Positions 33,203 to 41,719 of a stretch of DNA of 52,266 bases are shown here, one piece after another (the stretch's first letter is position 1; every line of letters begins with the position of its first letter). Below the pieces are notes generated by a model that was not told the origin of the DNA, searched no databases, and saw only the letters and a program-made list of their open reading frames with translations. A program made the translations under genes and the position numbers. The stretch comes from Silvanigrellaceae bacterium (lineage in GTDB: Bacteria; Bdellovibrionota_B; Oligoflexia; Silvanigrellales; Silvanigrellaceae), in the NCBI GenBank assembly GCA_049423385.1, contig JBMSQQ010000008.1:1-52266 (forward strand), read 5' to 3'.

Positions 33203-33804
33203 ACGAGCATGCCCTTCGTTGACGGAATACCGACATCGCTTCCGGCTTTCCAGGCGAGTCTGGCCGATCTCGCAAAGGCCTTGAAGACGGCTTCAGCCAC
33301 GTGGTGATCGTTTTCTCCGCGCAAAACATCGATGTGCAGCGTCCAGCGTGCATGCAACACAAATCCTCCGAAGAATTCCTTCAGAAGCGAACTGTCGAGC
33401 TGACCAATAAAGGGTCTGCGAAATTGTGCGCCAAAATGAAGATAGGGACGTCCTGAAATATCAACCACGACCTTTGCAAGCGCCTCATCAAGAGGGCATT
33501 CCATCATTCCGAAGCGTTCAATTCCGGCACAATCACCCAAAGCCTGGGAAAATGCCTGGCCAAGCGCAATACCGACATCCTCGACAGTGTGATGCTGATC
33601 GATATGCAGATCACCCTTGCAATCAATTGCCAAGGCAATCGCGGAGTGCTTGGCAAAAGCTTCAAGCATGTGGTCGAAAAACCCGATACCCGTGCTGATC
33701 CTCGTTTCAAAACCTGCATTGCGCGCAGACAAATCAAGGCGAACCTTGATTTGTGTTTCCTTTGTGTTTCTTTCAATAAATGCGGAACGGGCAGCATTCG
33801 TCAT
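33199..33804 (-). CDS. hisB: Imidazoleglycerol-phosphate dehydratase
   Basis: RNTKETQI, TGIGFFDHML, DQHHTVEDVGI, GENDHHVAEAVFKA, PSTKG. Confidence 0.96.
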   Translation of the reverse strand: MTNAARSAFIERNTKETQIKVRLDLSARNAGFETRISTGIGFFDHMLEAFAKHSAIALAIDCKGDLHIDQHHTVEDVGIALGQAFSQALGDCAGIERFGMMECPLDEALAKVVVDISGRPYLHFGAQFRRPFIGQLDSSLLKEFFGGFVLHARWTLHIDVLRGENDHHVAEAVFKAFARSARLAWKAGSDVGIPSTKGMLV

Positions 33805-34901
33805 TGTAAAACCTCACGCAGGCAGTTTTTGAGGGAATCAAGCATTTCAAGAGGCGGCATGCTGATGCGCACGCAGTTTGCCAATCGACCACTGGTGTAT
33901 CTGCGAATCAAGAAACCATTTCGGTTCATCACTTCTTCAAGAGCGTCAGCATCGTTCGTCCTGAAAAAAACAAAATTCGCGCGCGAATCGGTCAACAGTT
34001 CAACACCGGAAAATCCACGCAGAAGAGCCTGCACATCATCCACCATCGAAATCACCTGCTCGACTTTTTTTCTGGTCTCTTCCTTTTTTTGCGACAAGAC
34101 AAAAGTCGCGAGAACCTCGGATGGCCAGGCGATGGAATATGGAGGTTTCAATGCACGAAAGACCGAGATCACCTCGGGACAGGCAATCATCGCACCAACG
34201 CGCAAACCGGCTGCGGACCATGCCTTCGACAAGGTTCGCAAGACAATGACATTGGGCCGTTTGGTTGCAAATCCCGCACAAGAAATTTCGCCGCGCGCCT
34301 CGAAAAATTCAAAGTAGGCTTCATCAATCACAATGACCCCGCTGAATTTGTCGGCGAACTCAAGCAAAGCACGATGCGAAAGAGCGGTTCCCGTTGGATT
34401 ATTTGGCGAACAGATGATTGCCACTTGCGAGCCCATCACCTTGTCTGAAAACAGCGCCTGAGGCGAAAATTCAAAATTGTCATCCAGCGGAATGTCGACG
34501 GGCTCTGCACCGTACAAACGAACAAGGTGCGCATAGAGGGAAAAACTCGGACTGGTGATGGCAATTTTGCGACCGGGAGCAAACAAGCCTTCAGCCAACA
34601 AGGTCAGCGCCTGACTGCTGCCGGCCGTGACCTCGATGCAGTCTTGCGGCACTGAAAGTGTCCCGGCAAATGCACGAATCAATTCCGACGGCGACAAACT
34701 TGGATATGTATTGAATGCATTGCCGGACTCCATCCGACGAGCGAGCTCCGCCAAAAACTCGCCGCGTTCGTCGGGCGTGAGTGCCAACATTTCGTTTTGA
34801 TGCAAACGAACGGGAGCATCCGGTTCGTTCAAAGTGTACTTTGGAAATTCCAGTGCCTCGCGGCGAAAAAAAACGGAAGCAGTGGGTGAACTCCTGTTCA
34901 T
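33801..34901 (-). CDS. hisC: Histidinol-phosphate aminotransferase
   Basis: CSPNNPTG, IDEAYFEF, LRTLSKAWSAAGLRVG, ANFV; ATG 34901 overlaps the hisD stop. Confidence 0.92.
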   Translation of the reverse strand: MNRSSPTASVFFRREALEFPKYTLNEPDAPVRLHQNEMLALTPDERGEFLAELARRMESGNAFNTYPSLSPSELIRAFAGTLSVPQDCIEVTAGSSQALTLLAEGLFAPGRKIAITSPSFSLYAHLVRLYGAEPVDIPLDDNFEFSPQALFSDKVMGSQVAIICSPNNPTGTALSHRALLEFADKFSGVIVIDEAYFEFFEARGEISCAGFATKRPNVIVLRTLSKAWSAAGLRVGAMIACPEVISVFRALKPPYSIAWPSEVLATFVLSQKKEETRKKVEQVISMVDDVQALLRGFSGVELLTDSRANFVFFRTNDADALEEVMNRNGFLIRRYTSGRLANCVRISMPPLEMLDSLKNCLREVLQ

Positions 34902-36223
34902 GACAAACCCTCCGTGCCATCTTCGGCGCGCGCGCGTGCGGCGGCAGCATGCGCCCACAACTCCTCCGCGTCGGCAAACATGCCCGTGTGCTCTGCCAGA
35001 GACTTGGAGTCGCCTGCCGACATCATCAAAACTGATGAGCGACGAATGAAATCATAAACACCCAGGGGCGAAGCAAAGCGGGCCGTACCTGCGGTTGGCA
35101 ACACGTGGCTGGGTCCGGCGAGATAATCCCCAAAACTTTCAGCACTCCAGCGGCCCATGAAAATTGCACCCACGCCGCGCAAGGAGTTGAGCCAGAAGTT
35201 CTGGCCTTCACCTTCATCCAACGCGCAACGCGTTTGAACATGCAGGTGTTCGGCATTCAATTGATTTGCAATTTCAACGAGTCTTTCCCTCGAATCAACA
35301 ACGCAAATCGCACCCCACTGCTGCAAGCTCTTGCGGGCAATTCCCGAGCGATCGGCACAAACCTGATCAACAAGGCTTTCGAGCTGTCGCGCGACCGCAT
35401 GAGCTTCCTTTTCACAGGTGGTCACGAGAACTGCACTTGCATCTTCATCGTGCTCAGCCTGGGCCAGCAAGTCGAGTGCAATCCAACGGGATGGACTGCT
35501 GCCATCGGAAAGAACGAGAATTTCAGATGGGCCGGCGAAACCATCAATTCCAATTCGACCAGCAAGCAACTGTTTGGCTGTGGCCACGTAGATATTTCCA
35601 GGTCCAACAATTTTATCGAACCTCTGAACATGTTCATCTCCATATGCCGCCAGGGCAACGGCCTGTGCTCCTCCAACAGCGTGAATTTCATCAATGCCCA
35701 GAGCACAAACGGTTGCGGCAAAAACCGGATCCTTCAACGATCGGGCAGGCGTGAACACAGCAATTCGCCCCACACCGGCAACCTGCGCCGGAACGGCCGA
35801 CATGATAACGCTGCTGGGGTAAAATGCCTTGCCGCCGGGAACATAGAGCGCAACGGAATCGAGTGGTTGAACACGCGAAGCAAAGCGACTTGTCCCGAGC
35901 GTTGTCCATCTGCTTTGGTCGCTTTGAATCTCGTGAAATTCGCGGACCCTCTGAATGGATTTCTCAAGCACCTTGCTCACATTTGCCGGACAGCGTTCCG
36001 CCAATGGCATCAACTGTTCGCGGCTCCAGGTCAGGGGCTCAGCCGAGGGAACGCCCTCAAAGCGTTCGCGCAATTCAAGCACACCGGAGCGTCCAAAAGT
36101 TTTCACCTTTGACACGATATCCCGCACACGTTGAACAACCTCGGCATCTTCCGATGGAAGTCGGGCATCCAGAGAGCGGATGAATTCAGAGATTTGTTGT
36201 GGCGTTTTTAGAACCCGAATCAT
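34898..36223 (-). CDS. hisD: Histidinol dehydrogenase
   Basis: YVPGGKAFYPSSV, GGAQAV, KIVGPGNIYV, AGPSE, DLLAQAEHD, GDYLAGPSHVLPT; ATG 36223. Confidence 0.96.
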   Translation of the reverse strand: MIRVLKTPQQISEFIRSLDARLPSEDAEVVQRVRDIVSKVKTFGRSGVLELRERFEGVPSAEPLTWSREQLMPLAERCPANVSKVLEKSIQRVREFHEIQSDQSRWTTLGTSRFASRVQPLDSVALYVPGGKAFYPSSVIMSAVPAQVAGVGRIAVFTPARSLKDPVFAATVCALGIDEIHAVGGAQAVALAAYGDEHVQRFDKIVGPGNIYVATAKQLLAGRIGIDGFAGPSEILVLSDGSSPSRWIALDLLAQAEHDEDASAVLVTTCEKEAHAVARQLESLVDQVCADRSGIARKSLQQWGAICVVDSRERLVEIANQLNAEHLHVQTRCALDEGEGQNFWLNSLRGVGAIFMGRWSAESFGDYLAGPSHVLPTAGTARFASPLGVYDFIRRSSVLMMSAGDSKSLAEHTGMFADAEELWAHAAAARARAEDGTEGLS

Positions 36224-37925
36224 TTTTGTTTTCCCCAAGGTGATCAATCTCGAAATGCCCCAATTCAACGTGCCCATGACTGGACCAATGGTGCAGCCAG
36301 TGCTTCAACGTTTCATGGGCCTGCGCGAAATGGCCGCGCGAGGTGATCAACTGAACCCGCGTCGACGCAAGCTCACGGAAAACAATCAAACCGTTCTCAC
36401 GCAGTGTTGAACCGGTTTCCACCAGATCCACAATCGCGTCGCAGAACGAAATCACACTTGCCAGTTCAACGCTTCCCTGGAGGGGAATCAACTCCGGCTC
36501 GAGGCCAAGTTCGCGCAGAAGGCGCAACGCCATGTGCGGATATTTGGTTGCGACCCGCGGGCGGGCCTTGCCAAACAAACGCTCCTGGGCGTCGGGACTG
36601 CCGGCAAGGCAAATACGGCACTTGCCGAATGCAAATGTGACCGGTCGCAACACGGACGATGCGTCTGCCTCGTCCAACAAATCGGAACCCGCCAAAGCAA
36701 TCTCCGCAATACCGCGTTCCACGTATGACACAACGTCGGAGTTCTTCACGAACAGGAACTCATAACGGCCGCACTCGCTTTTCAATACCAGTTTTCTTGT
36801 GGTTTCAGGGTTTTCTGGCAGGCGAATACCGACGTCTGCAAAAGCCTGGACCCCCCACTTCTGCAGCCTTCCCTTTGGCAAAGCGATTCGAACAGGTCGG
36901 GCGCAACTGTCGTCGCGACGATCAGCGACCGGCTTCAATTCGGCCTTGCAAGGAGCCAAACCTTCATCTGCGACTCCGGTTGTTTGCGGATCCCGCAACA
37001 TGAATCCCACGGCCATTTGGGTCAAACCAAAATGTTCGAGGAGTTTGTCGTAGCGTCCACCGCCGCCAACGTTTTTCAAGAATCCCTGGGCGTCGAGCGC
37101 AAGAAAATCGAAAACCAACCCGCTATAGAAGCTGCGCTGGCGCATGAGGAACGGGTCGACGATGAATTTGATTGTTGGATGTGAAATTCGGAACCGCGCA
37201 ACGGCATCCAAAAGCCTTTGATACTCAACACAGGTCTTCCAAAATTCGCCGGCATTCAATTCAATCTTGTCGAAAATCGCATTGACTGCAGCAAAATCCT
37301 TGCAGAAAACCGCATCCCGAAGTGCGGCTTTTGTGGCTGCACGGTTCTGCGGATTTTGAATCTTTTCAAGAACCACACTCTCGAGTTTTGCCACAACCCT
37401 GGCATCACCAACCACGACAGTTGTACCGTTGTAGCCAAAACGACCAAGTGCACTCACCGCCAAATCAAGCAACTGGTCTTCTGCCTCGAGCTCTTTTTCG
37501 CCGACAATTTCTGCACCAAACTCAAGGGATTCAAATTCGGAAGCATGCCCCAAACGGAATCCCTCGGCGCCCAAAAGCCCCTGGGGTGAAAAAACCTTGC
37601 CCGAATAAAACAACTTGAACGGAAAACTGAGTTCGCTGGAATGACGGCAAACAAATTGTGCGGAGAACACCGTCAGGTCTGTGCGCAAGGACCACTCGGT
37701 ACCATTGGAGTCGAGGAACCTCGGAGCACCCGGAAGCACGCTCTCACCAGTGAGACGGCTTGAAAATTCGGTTGTGGGCAAACTCAGGGGGAGATTGAGC
37801 TCGGCAAAGCCACTTTGCCCGGCCAACTGCCGGAAATCACTTTCCCAGCTCCGCAGGCGAGCAAGCCTGTCGCCCAGGCGGGGAAGACTCTTGATTGTGC
37901 TTGAGCGAGATGTGTCTTGCATCAC
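36186..37925 (-). CDS. hisG: ATP phosphoribosyltransferase: HisZ regulatory subunit fused to short-form HisG
   Basis: N-part HisRS-like (LRTDLT, YSGKVF, GAEIVG, FYSGLVF, GGGGRYDKLL, AVGF); C-part HisG-S (RIALPKGRL, VATKYP, GSVELA, DAIVDLVETGSTLRENGL); single 579-aa ORF. Confidence 0.9.
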   Translation of the reverse strand: MMQDTSRSSTIKSLPRLGDRLARLRSWESDFRQLAGQSGFAELNLPLSLPTTEFSSRLTGESVLPGAPRFLDSNGTEWSLRTDLTVFSAQFVCRHSSELSFPFKLFYSGKVFSPQGLLGAEGFRLGHASEFESLEFGAEIVGEKELEAEDQLLDLAVSALGRFGYNGTTVVVGDARVVAKLESVVLEKIQNPQNRAATKAALRDAVFCKDFAAVNAIFDKIELNAGEFWKTCVEYQRLLDAVARFRISHPTIKFIVDPFLMRQRSFYSGLVFDFLALDAQGFLKNVGGGGRYDKLLEHFGLTQMAVGFMLRDPQTTGVADEGLAPCKAELKPVADRRDDSCARPVRIALPKGRLQKWGVQAFADVGIRLPENPETTRKLVLKSECGRYEFLFVKNSDVVSYVERGIAEIALAGSDLLDEADASSVLRPVTFAFGKCRICLAGSPDAQERLFGKARPRVATKYPHMALRLLRELGLEPELIPLQGSVELASVISFCDAIVDLVETGSTLRENGLIVFRELASTRVQLITSRGHFAQAHETLKHWLHHWSSHGHVELGHFEIDHLGENKNDSGSKNATTNL

Positions 37926-38037
37926 CGTCGTCCCTATTCTAGGAACAAGCTTCGTAAACGAACCCGATGCGCAGAACTTGCATCAATTGCAACCCTTTGC
38001 AAGTGTAAACCTGCGATACGCTAAAGGATTGAGAGAC

Positions 38038-38625
38038 ATGGAAATCTTTCTTCTTATCCTCAGGAGCCTCATGATTCTGGTCGGCGCACTGATGCTGATC
38101 ACCTTTCTCCTGTTTCAGTTGTGGCAGCGCGTTCCGACCCAGGGAATAAAGTTCAGGTCTCAGGACTTCATAACGCTGGGTGCCGTTGGACTCATCTTTG
38201 CGCTCGGAACAAACAGCTACTGGGGCCTTGTGGTCGTTGGTCCGATGTTGCTCGGAAAGCTGCTTTCACAAGCAATGATACAAAAGAACAAAGTCCGTGG
38301 CAGCGGCCGCTGGATTGAGGTGCAATGGACCAAAATGACGCCCCGCGGTTTTCAGATTCCTCAACAACTGAGCAAGGAACTGCAACGCCTCCCGGGAGAT
38401 CAACATGTCCTGCTGCCGCGCCAAGTTGGCATCTGGGCCGTGAAATACTTCCTCAAATCGGTGAAAAAGAACGCAGGAAAAGGGCCCGTGCCAATGAAGT
38501 CGGGCCAGCAGGCCCAGGCTTTCGAAATGGTGGAACGCCTCGGCGGAAACATCATCCGACTTGAAAAAGGCAAAACCGAGCAGGTCGCGTTGCCGTTTGG
38601 TGTCCTGAAGGTCACTCGCCTCTGA
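38038..38625 (+). CDS. Hypothetical membrane protein
   Basis: ATG 38038; three hydrophobic segments then a basic soluble C-domain; divergent from the his operon. Confidence 0.65.
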   Translation: MEIFLLILRSLMILVGALMLITFLLFQLWQRVPTQGIKFRSQDFITLGAVGLIFALGTNSYWGLVVVGPMLLGKLLSQAMIQKNKVRGSGRWIEVQWTKMTPRGFQIPQQLSKELQRLPGDQHVLLPRQVGIWAVKYFLKSVKKNAGKGPVPMKSGQQAQAFEMVERLGGNIIRLEKGKTEQVALPFGVLKVTRL

Positions 38626-38646
38626 TTCGTTTCGGAAAATCTGAAC

Positions 38647-39282
38647 TCAATCGATGATCCACCGCGGATTCGAATCCGCGGTTTTTTCATATCCACAGGC
38701 GAAAACCGCCGGCAAAAGATCATTTTGAGTCGACTGCTCGAGAACCTCGATGCACTCCAACCATTTTTGTTCGTCCATGAGAGTCTTGAGCCACTCCTTG
38801 AGGGCTTTTTGCGACGTTCCCACCCACACGCAGCGTGGGCTGTTTGAAGCGTCGGAAACGTGCTTTTCAACAAAATCCTGCAGTGCATCCGTCAACGTGC
38901 CGGTTCTCGGCAAATCATCCGAGCACCTGTCGAAGCGCGGGTCCACACAAACCGGAAGTGCGCACATTTGCGAGACCGGCTCGGCCGTTTTCAAGGTCCT
39001 TGAATTTTCACCACAGACCAAAAGAAGATCGGAAAAAAGTGCATGAGCTGCGCGAATCGCCTGGGGAAACGAGGATGGATTTCGAAATGCACGCCAACGC
39101 AGATCTTCCTGAAGAGACTTTGTTCTTGCTTCGTATTCGGCATCGAGATTGACCAGCAGTGTGTCCTGCGCAAAGCCAAAGAGTGTCTGCGCAAGGTTTC
39201 CTGCCGCTTCTTCACCGCGACGGCTCAAATATCCTGGTGCGCCGCCCTCTGCTTGTGTGTATAGTAGGAATAAAATTTTCAT
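38647..39282 (-). CDS. Degenerate histidine-phosphatase (SixA/PGM-like) fold protein
   Basis: MKILFLL...LSRRGEEAA..LA...RTLKTAEPV...DPRFD pattern matches the fold, but the RHG motif is replaced by YTQ. Confidence 0.5.
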   Translation of the reverse strand: MKILFLLYTQAEGGAPGYLSRRGEEAAGNLAQTLFGFAQDTLLVNLDAEYEARTKSLQEDLRWRAFRNPSSFPQAIRAAHALFSDLLLVCGENSRTLKTAEPVSQMCALPVCVDPRFDRCSDDLPRTGTLTDALQDFVEKHVSDASNSPRCVWVGTSQKALKEWLKTLMDEQKWLECIEVLEQSTQNDLLPAVFACGYEKTADSNPRWIID

Positions 39283-39320
39283 GGGCGCCTCTCGTTGGGC
39301 TCATCCGAGTGGGGAATGGC

Positions 39321-40754
39321 ATGTCTCAATCATCGACCTCTTCCGATCTCTCTTTGGAAGTTCGTAATATGCAAGCCATTCAAACGCAACTCAAGAAGAG
39401 CTTCAACGCCGGTAGAATGCGCGGCCTCGAAGCCCGCTTGAACGCCCTTTCGGCCATCGAACGGCTTGTCCAGGAAAACCAGGCGGCTCTGTGTGACGCT
39501 GTGACCACCGACCTGGGACGTCCGCGTGAGGACAGCTTGATTGCCGAACTCAGTGTCGTGATAGAAGAGGCCAGATGCGCGCTCAAAAACCTGAAGCGCT
39601 GGATGAAACCAAAGCAAAAAATCATGCCTTTGCTTCTGTTTCCTGCAAGAGGTTCGATCAATCCCGAGCCTTTCGGTGTCACGCTGATCATCGGTCCCTG
39701 GAACTATCCCTTTCAACTCCTGCTCACTCCACTGATCTCTGCCCTGGCGGCGGGGAATTGTGCTGTCATCAAACCATCGGAGCTGACGCCAACTTGCTCC
39801 CGGCTGATTTTCGAACTCATTCCAAAATACTTGTCGGCCGATGTTGTTCAGGTGGTCGAAGGTGGAGTCGAAATCACTCAGCGACTGCTGGATCTCAAAT
39901 GGGACATGATTTTTTTCACCGGCAGCACCCAAGTTGGAAAAGTCATTGCACAGGCTGCCGCCCGGACCCTGACTCCCGTTGTTCTTGAATTGGGAGGAAA
40001 GTCACCCTGCATTGTCGATACAAGCGCTGATTTGAATGTGACGGCACGACGAATTTTGTGGGGAAAACTTCTGAATTCAGGACAAACCTGCGTTGCCCCC
40101 GACTATATATTCACTCCACGCAGCAACGTGGAGAACCTGGTCCGCGCCCTCGAGACAACCATCAGGAAATTCTATCCCGAGGGATTCGTGCGCAACCAGA
40201 GCTACTGCGGAATCGTGAACCAGCGTCATTTCCAAAGACTTGAAGCGATCACGGAAGCACATCGACACCAGCTCCGGATTGGCGGAAAAATCATTGCAAA
40301 CCAACGCCTCATTGAGCCTTCTTTTTACCTGCTCAACATCAATGAAGCAGCATCCGCGCCGATCATGTCAGATGAAATCTTCGGCCCCCTGACTCCCATC
40401 ATCTCGTATGAGTCCATCGACGAAGTGACGACCTACATCAATGCACACGACCACCCATTGGCGCTGTATGTTTTTTCCGCCGACAAGAACCTCGTTTCCC
40501 GAATTCAATGCGAAACACGGTCAGGTTCTTTCGTTGTCAACGACACGGTCATTCATCTCGCAACAAGCGAATTGCCGTTTGGCGGTGTGGGCGGAAGCGG
40601 CATGGGCGCATATCATGGCGAACCAGGCTTCCAGGCCTTCAGTTATCAACGGTCCATCATGAAGCGGCCCTTCTGGCTTGATCTGCCGGTGCGATACCGA
40701 CCCTATTCCAGCTGGAAAATGTGGATATTGAGGAAACTGATTGGTTATCGCTGA
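39321..40754 (+). CDS. Aldehyde dehydrogenase, family 3 (fatty/coniferyl aldehyde-like)
   Basis: EPFGVTLIIGPWNYPFQL, KPSE, FFTGS, LELGGKSP, NSGQTCVAPDY, EIFGP, LPFGGVGGSGMGAYHG. Confidence 0.9.
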   Translation: MSQSSTSSDLSLEVRNMQAIQTQLKKSFNAGRMRGLEARLNALSAIERLVQENQAALCDAVTTDLGRPREDSLIAELSVVIEEARCALKNLKRWMKPKQKIMPLLLFPARGSINPEPFGVTLIIGPWNYPFQLLLTPLISALAAGNCAVIKPSELTPTCSRLIFELIPKYLSADVVQVVEGGVEITQRLLDLKWDMIFFTGSTQVGKVIAQAAARTLTPVVLELGGKSPCIVDTSADLNVTARRILWGKLLNSGQTCVAPDYIFTPRSNVENLVRALETTIRKFYPEGFVRNQSYCGIVNQRHFQRLEAITEAHRHQLRIGGKIIANQRLIEPSFYLLNINEAASAPIMSDEIFGPLTPIISYESIDEVTTYINAHDHPLALYVFSADKNLVSRIQCETRSGSFVVNDTVIHLATSELPFGGVGGSGMGAYHGEPGFQAFSYQRSIMKRPFWLDLPVRYRPYSSWKMWILRKLIGYR

Positions 40755-40930
40755 ACAAATGAGTCCTTCAGGGCTGCAAGGACCCGAAGAGGCGATTTTC
40801 TCAAAACTCTGGAAAATTCCCCAATTTAAAAAGAAAATTTAAATATTTTCGAATAGATAAACAAAGCTTTCCCTTCCCTCCGAGTCGAGCTATAGACGTT
40901 CAAAACTGGCAACAGAATTCGGGGGTAGTC

Positions 40931-41719
40931 ATGACCATCAAAGTCATGTTTGAAAACCATATGTCGGCTCGGGTCGTTGAAGTCCACTTTCCAGAGGGGC
41001 TGAACATCAACGACGCCGCCTCAATCTCCGAATTGAAAGCCGCGTGGACTGAAAACCTCAAGAAATGGCACTCGCCATACACCTGTCTTTTCGACTGCAG
41101 GAGCCTCTCGGTCGCTGAATCCCAACGCAAGGACTTCGAAAGACTGATCGGTTTCTTCAAGAATTTTTTCATGAAAAGCATCATCGGCTTTTGCAATGAT
41201 GGACAGAGGCCCGAATGGTGTCCTTTTGATGTTGAGGAAAACTACGATGCCGCAGTGGCCCGCACAGGACTCACACGCGGAATCGGGCTGACCCGCAACC
41301 TGGATGACCTGCGCAGCAGAATTCAAATCGACAATGACTTCAATGCACACGTTATGGACATCAGCTTTCTCGCAGAGACCGATCTCAAGACTGCAGGCGA
41401 TGTTGCAACACTCAAGTCAAAAATGCAGAACATTCTCAAAATGTGGCATTCGCCATACAGTGTTGTATTCAATTGCGTAAATCTGACGTTCTCGCCCGAA
41501 GCATTCGTGGAATTTTCCAGACTCGAAAAATTTCTCCGATCATTCTTTTGTAAAAACATCATTGGATATGCACCAAAAGCAGAAAAATCATCATATCCCT
41601 TCCCCACCTACCGGTCGCGGCATTTGGCGGTCGGAGAACTCGAGCACAGCGGCTTGCAATCCGGAGCCCAAGCCAATTGCTCGACACGAAAATCAACATC
41701 CGAGGGAAGCAAGTCATGA
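40931..41719 (+). CDS. Hypothetical protein with internal two-fold duplication (STAS/SpoIIAA-like alpha/beta units)
   Basis: 262 aa; WHSPY and FFxKxIIG[FY] each occur twice; GGGGG RBS; AT-rich upstream region. Confidence 0.7.
   Translation: MTIKVMFENHMSARVVEVHFPEGLNINDAASISELKAAWTENLKKWHSPYTCLFDCRSLSVAESQRKDFERLIGFFKNFFMKSIIGFCNDGQRPEWCPFDVEENYDAAVARTGLTRGIGLTRNLDDLRSRIQIDNDFNAHVMDISFLAETDLKTAGDVATLKSKMQNILKMWHSPYSVVFNCVNLTFSPEAFVEFSRLEKFLRSFFCKNIIGYAPKAEKSSYPFPTYRSRHLAVGELEHSGLQSGAQANCSTRKSTSEGSKS

Noticed and set aside
37681..38037. N-terminal extension of ORF 37681-38625
   Set aside because: Overlaps hisZG on the opposite strand; ATG 38038 begins the hydrophobic protein.
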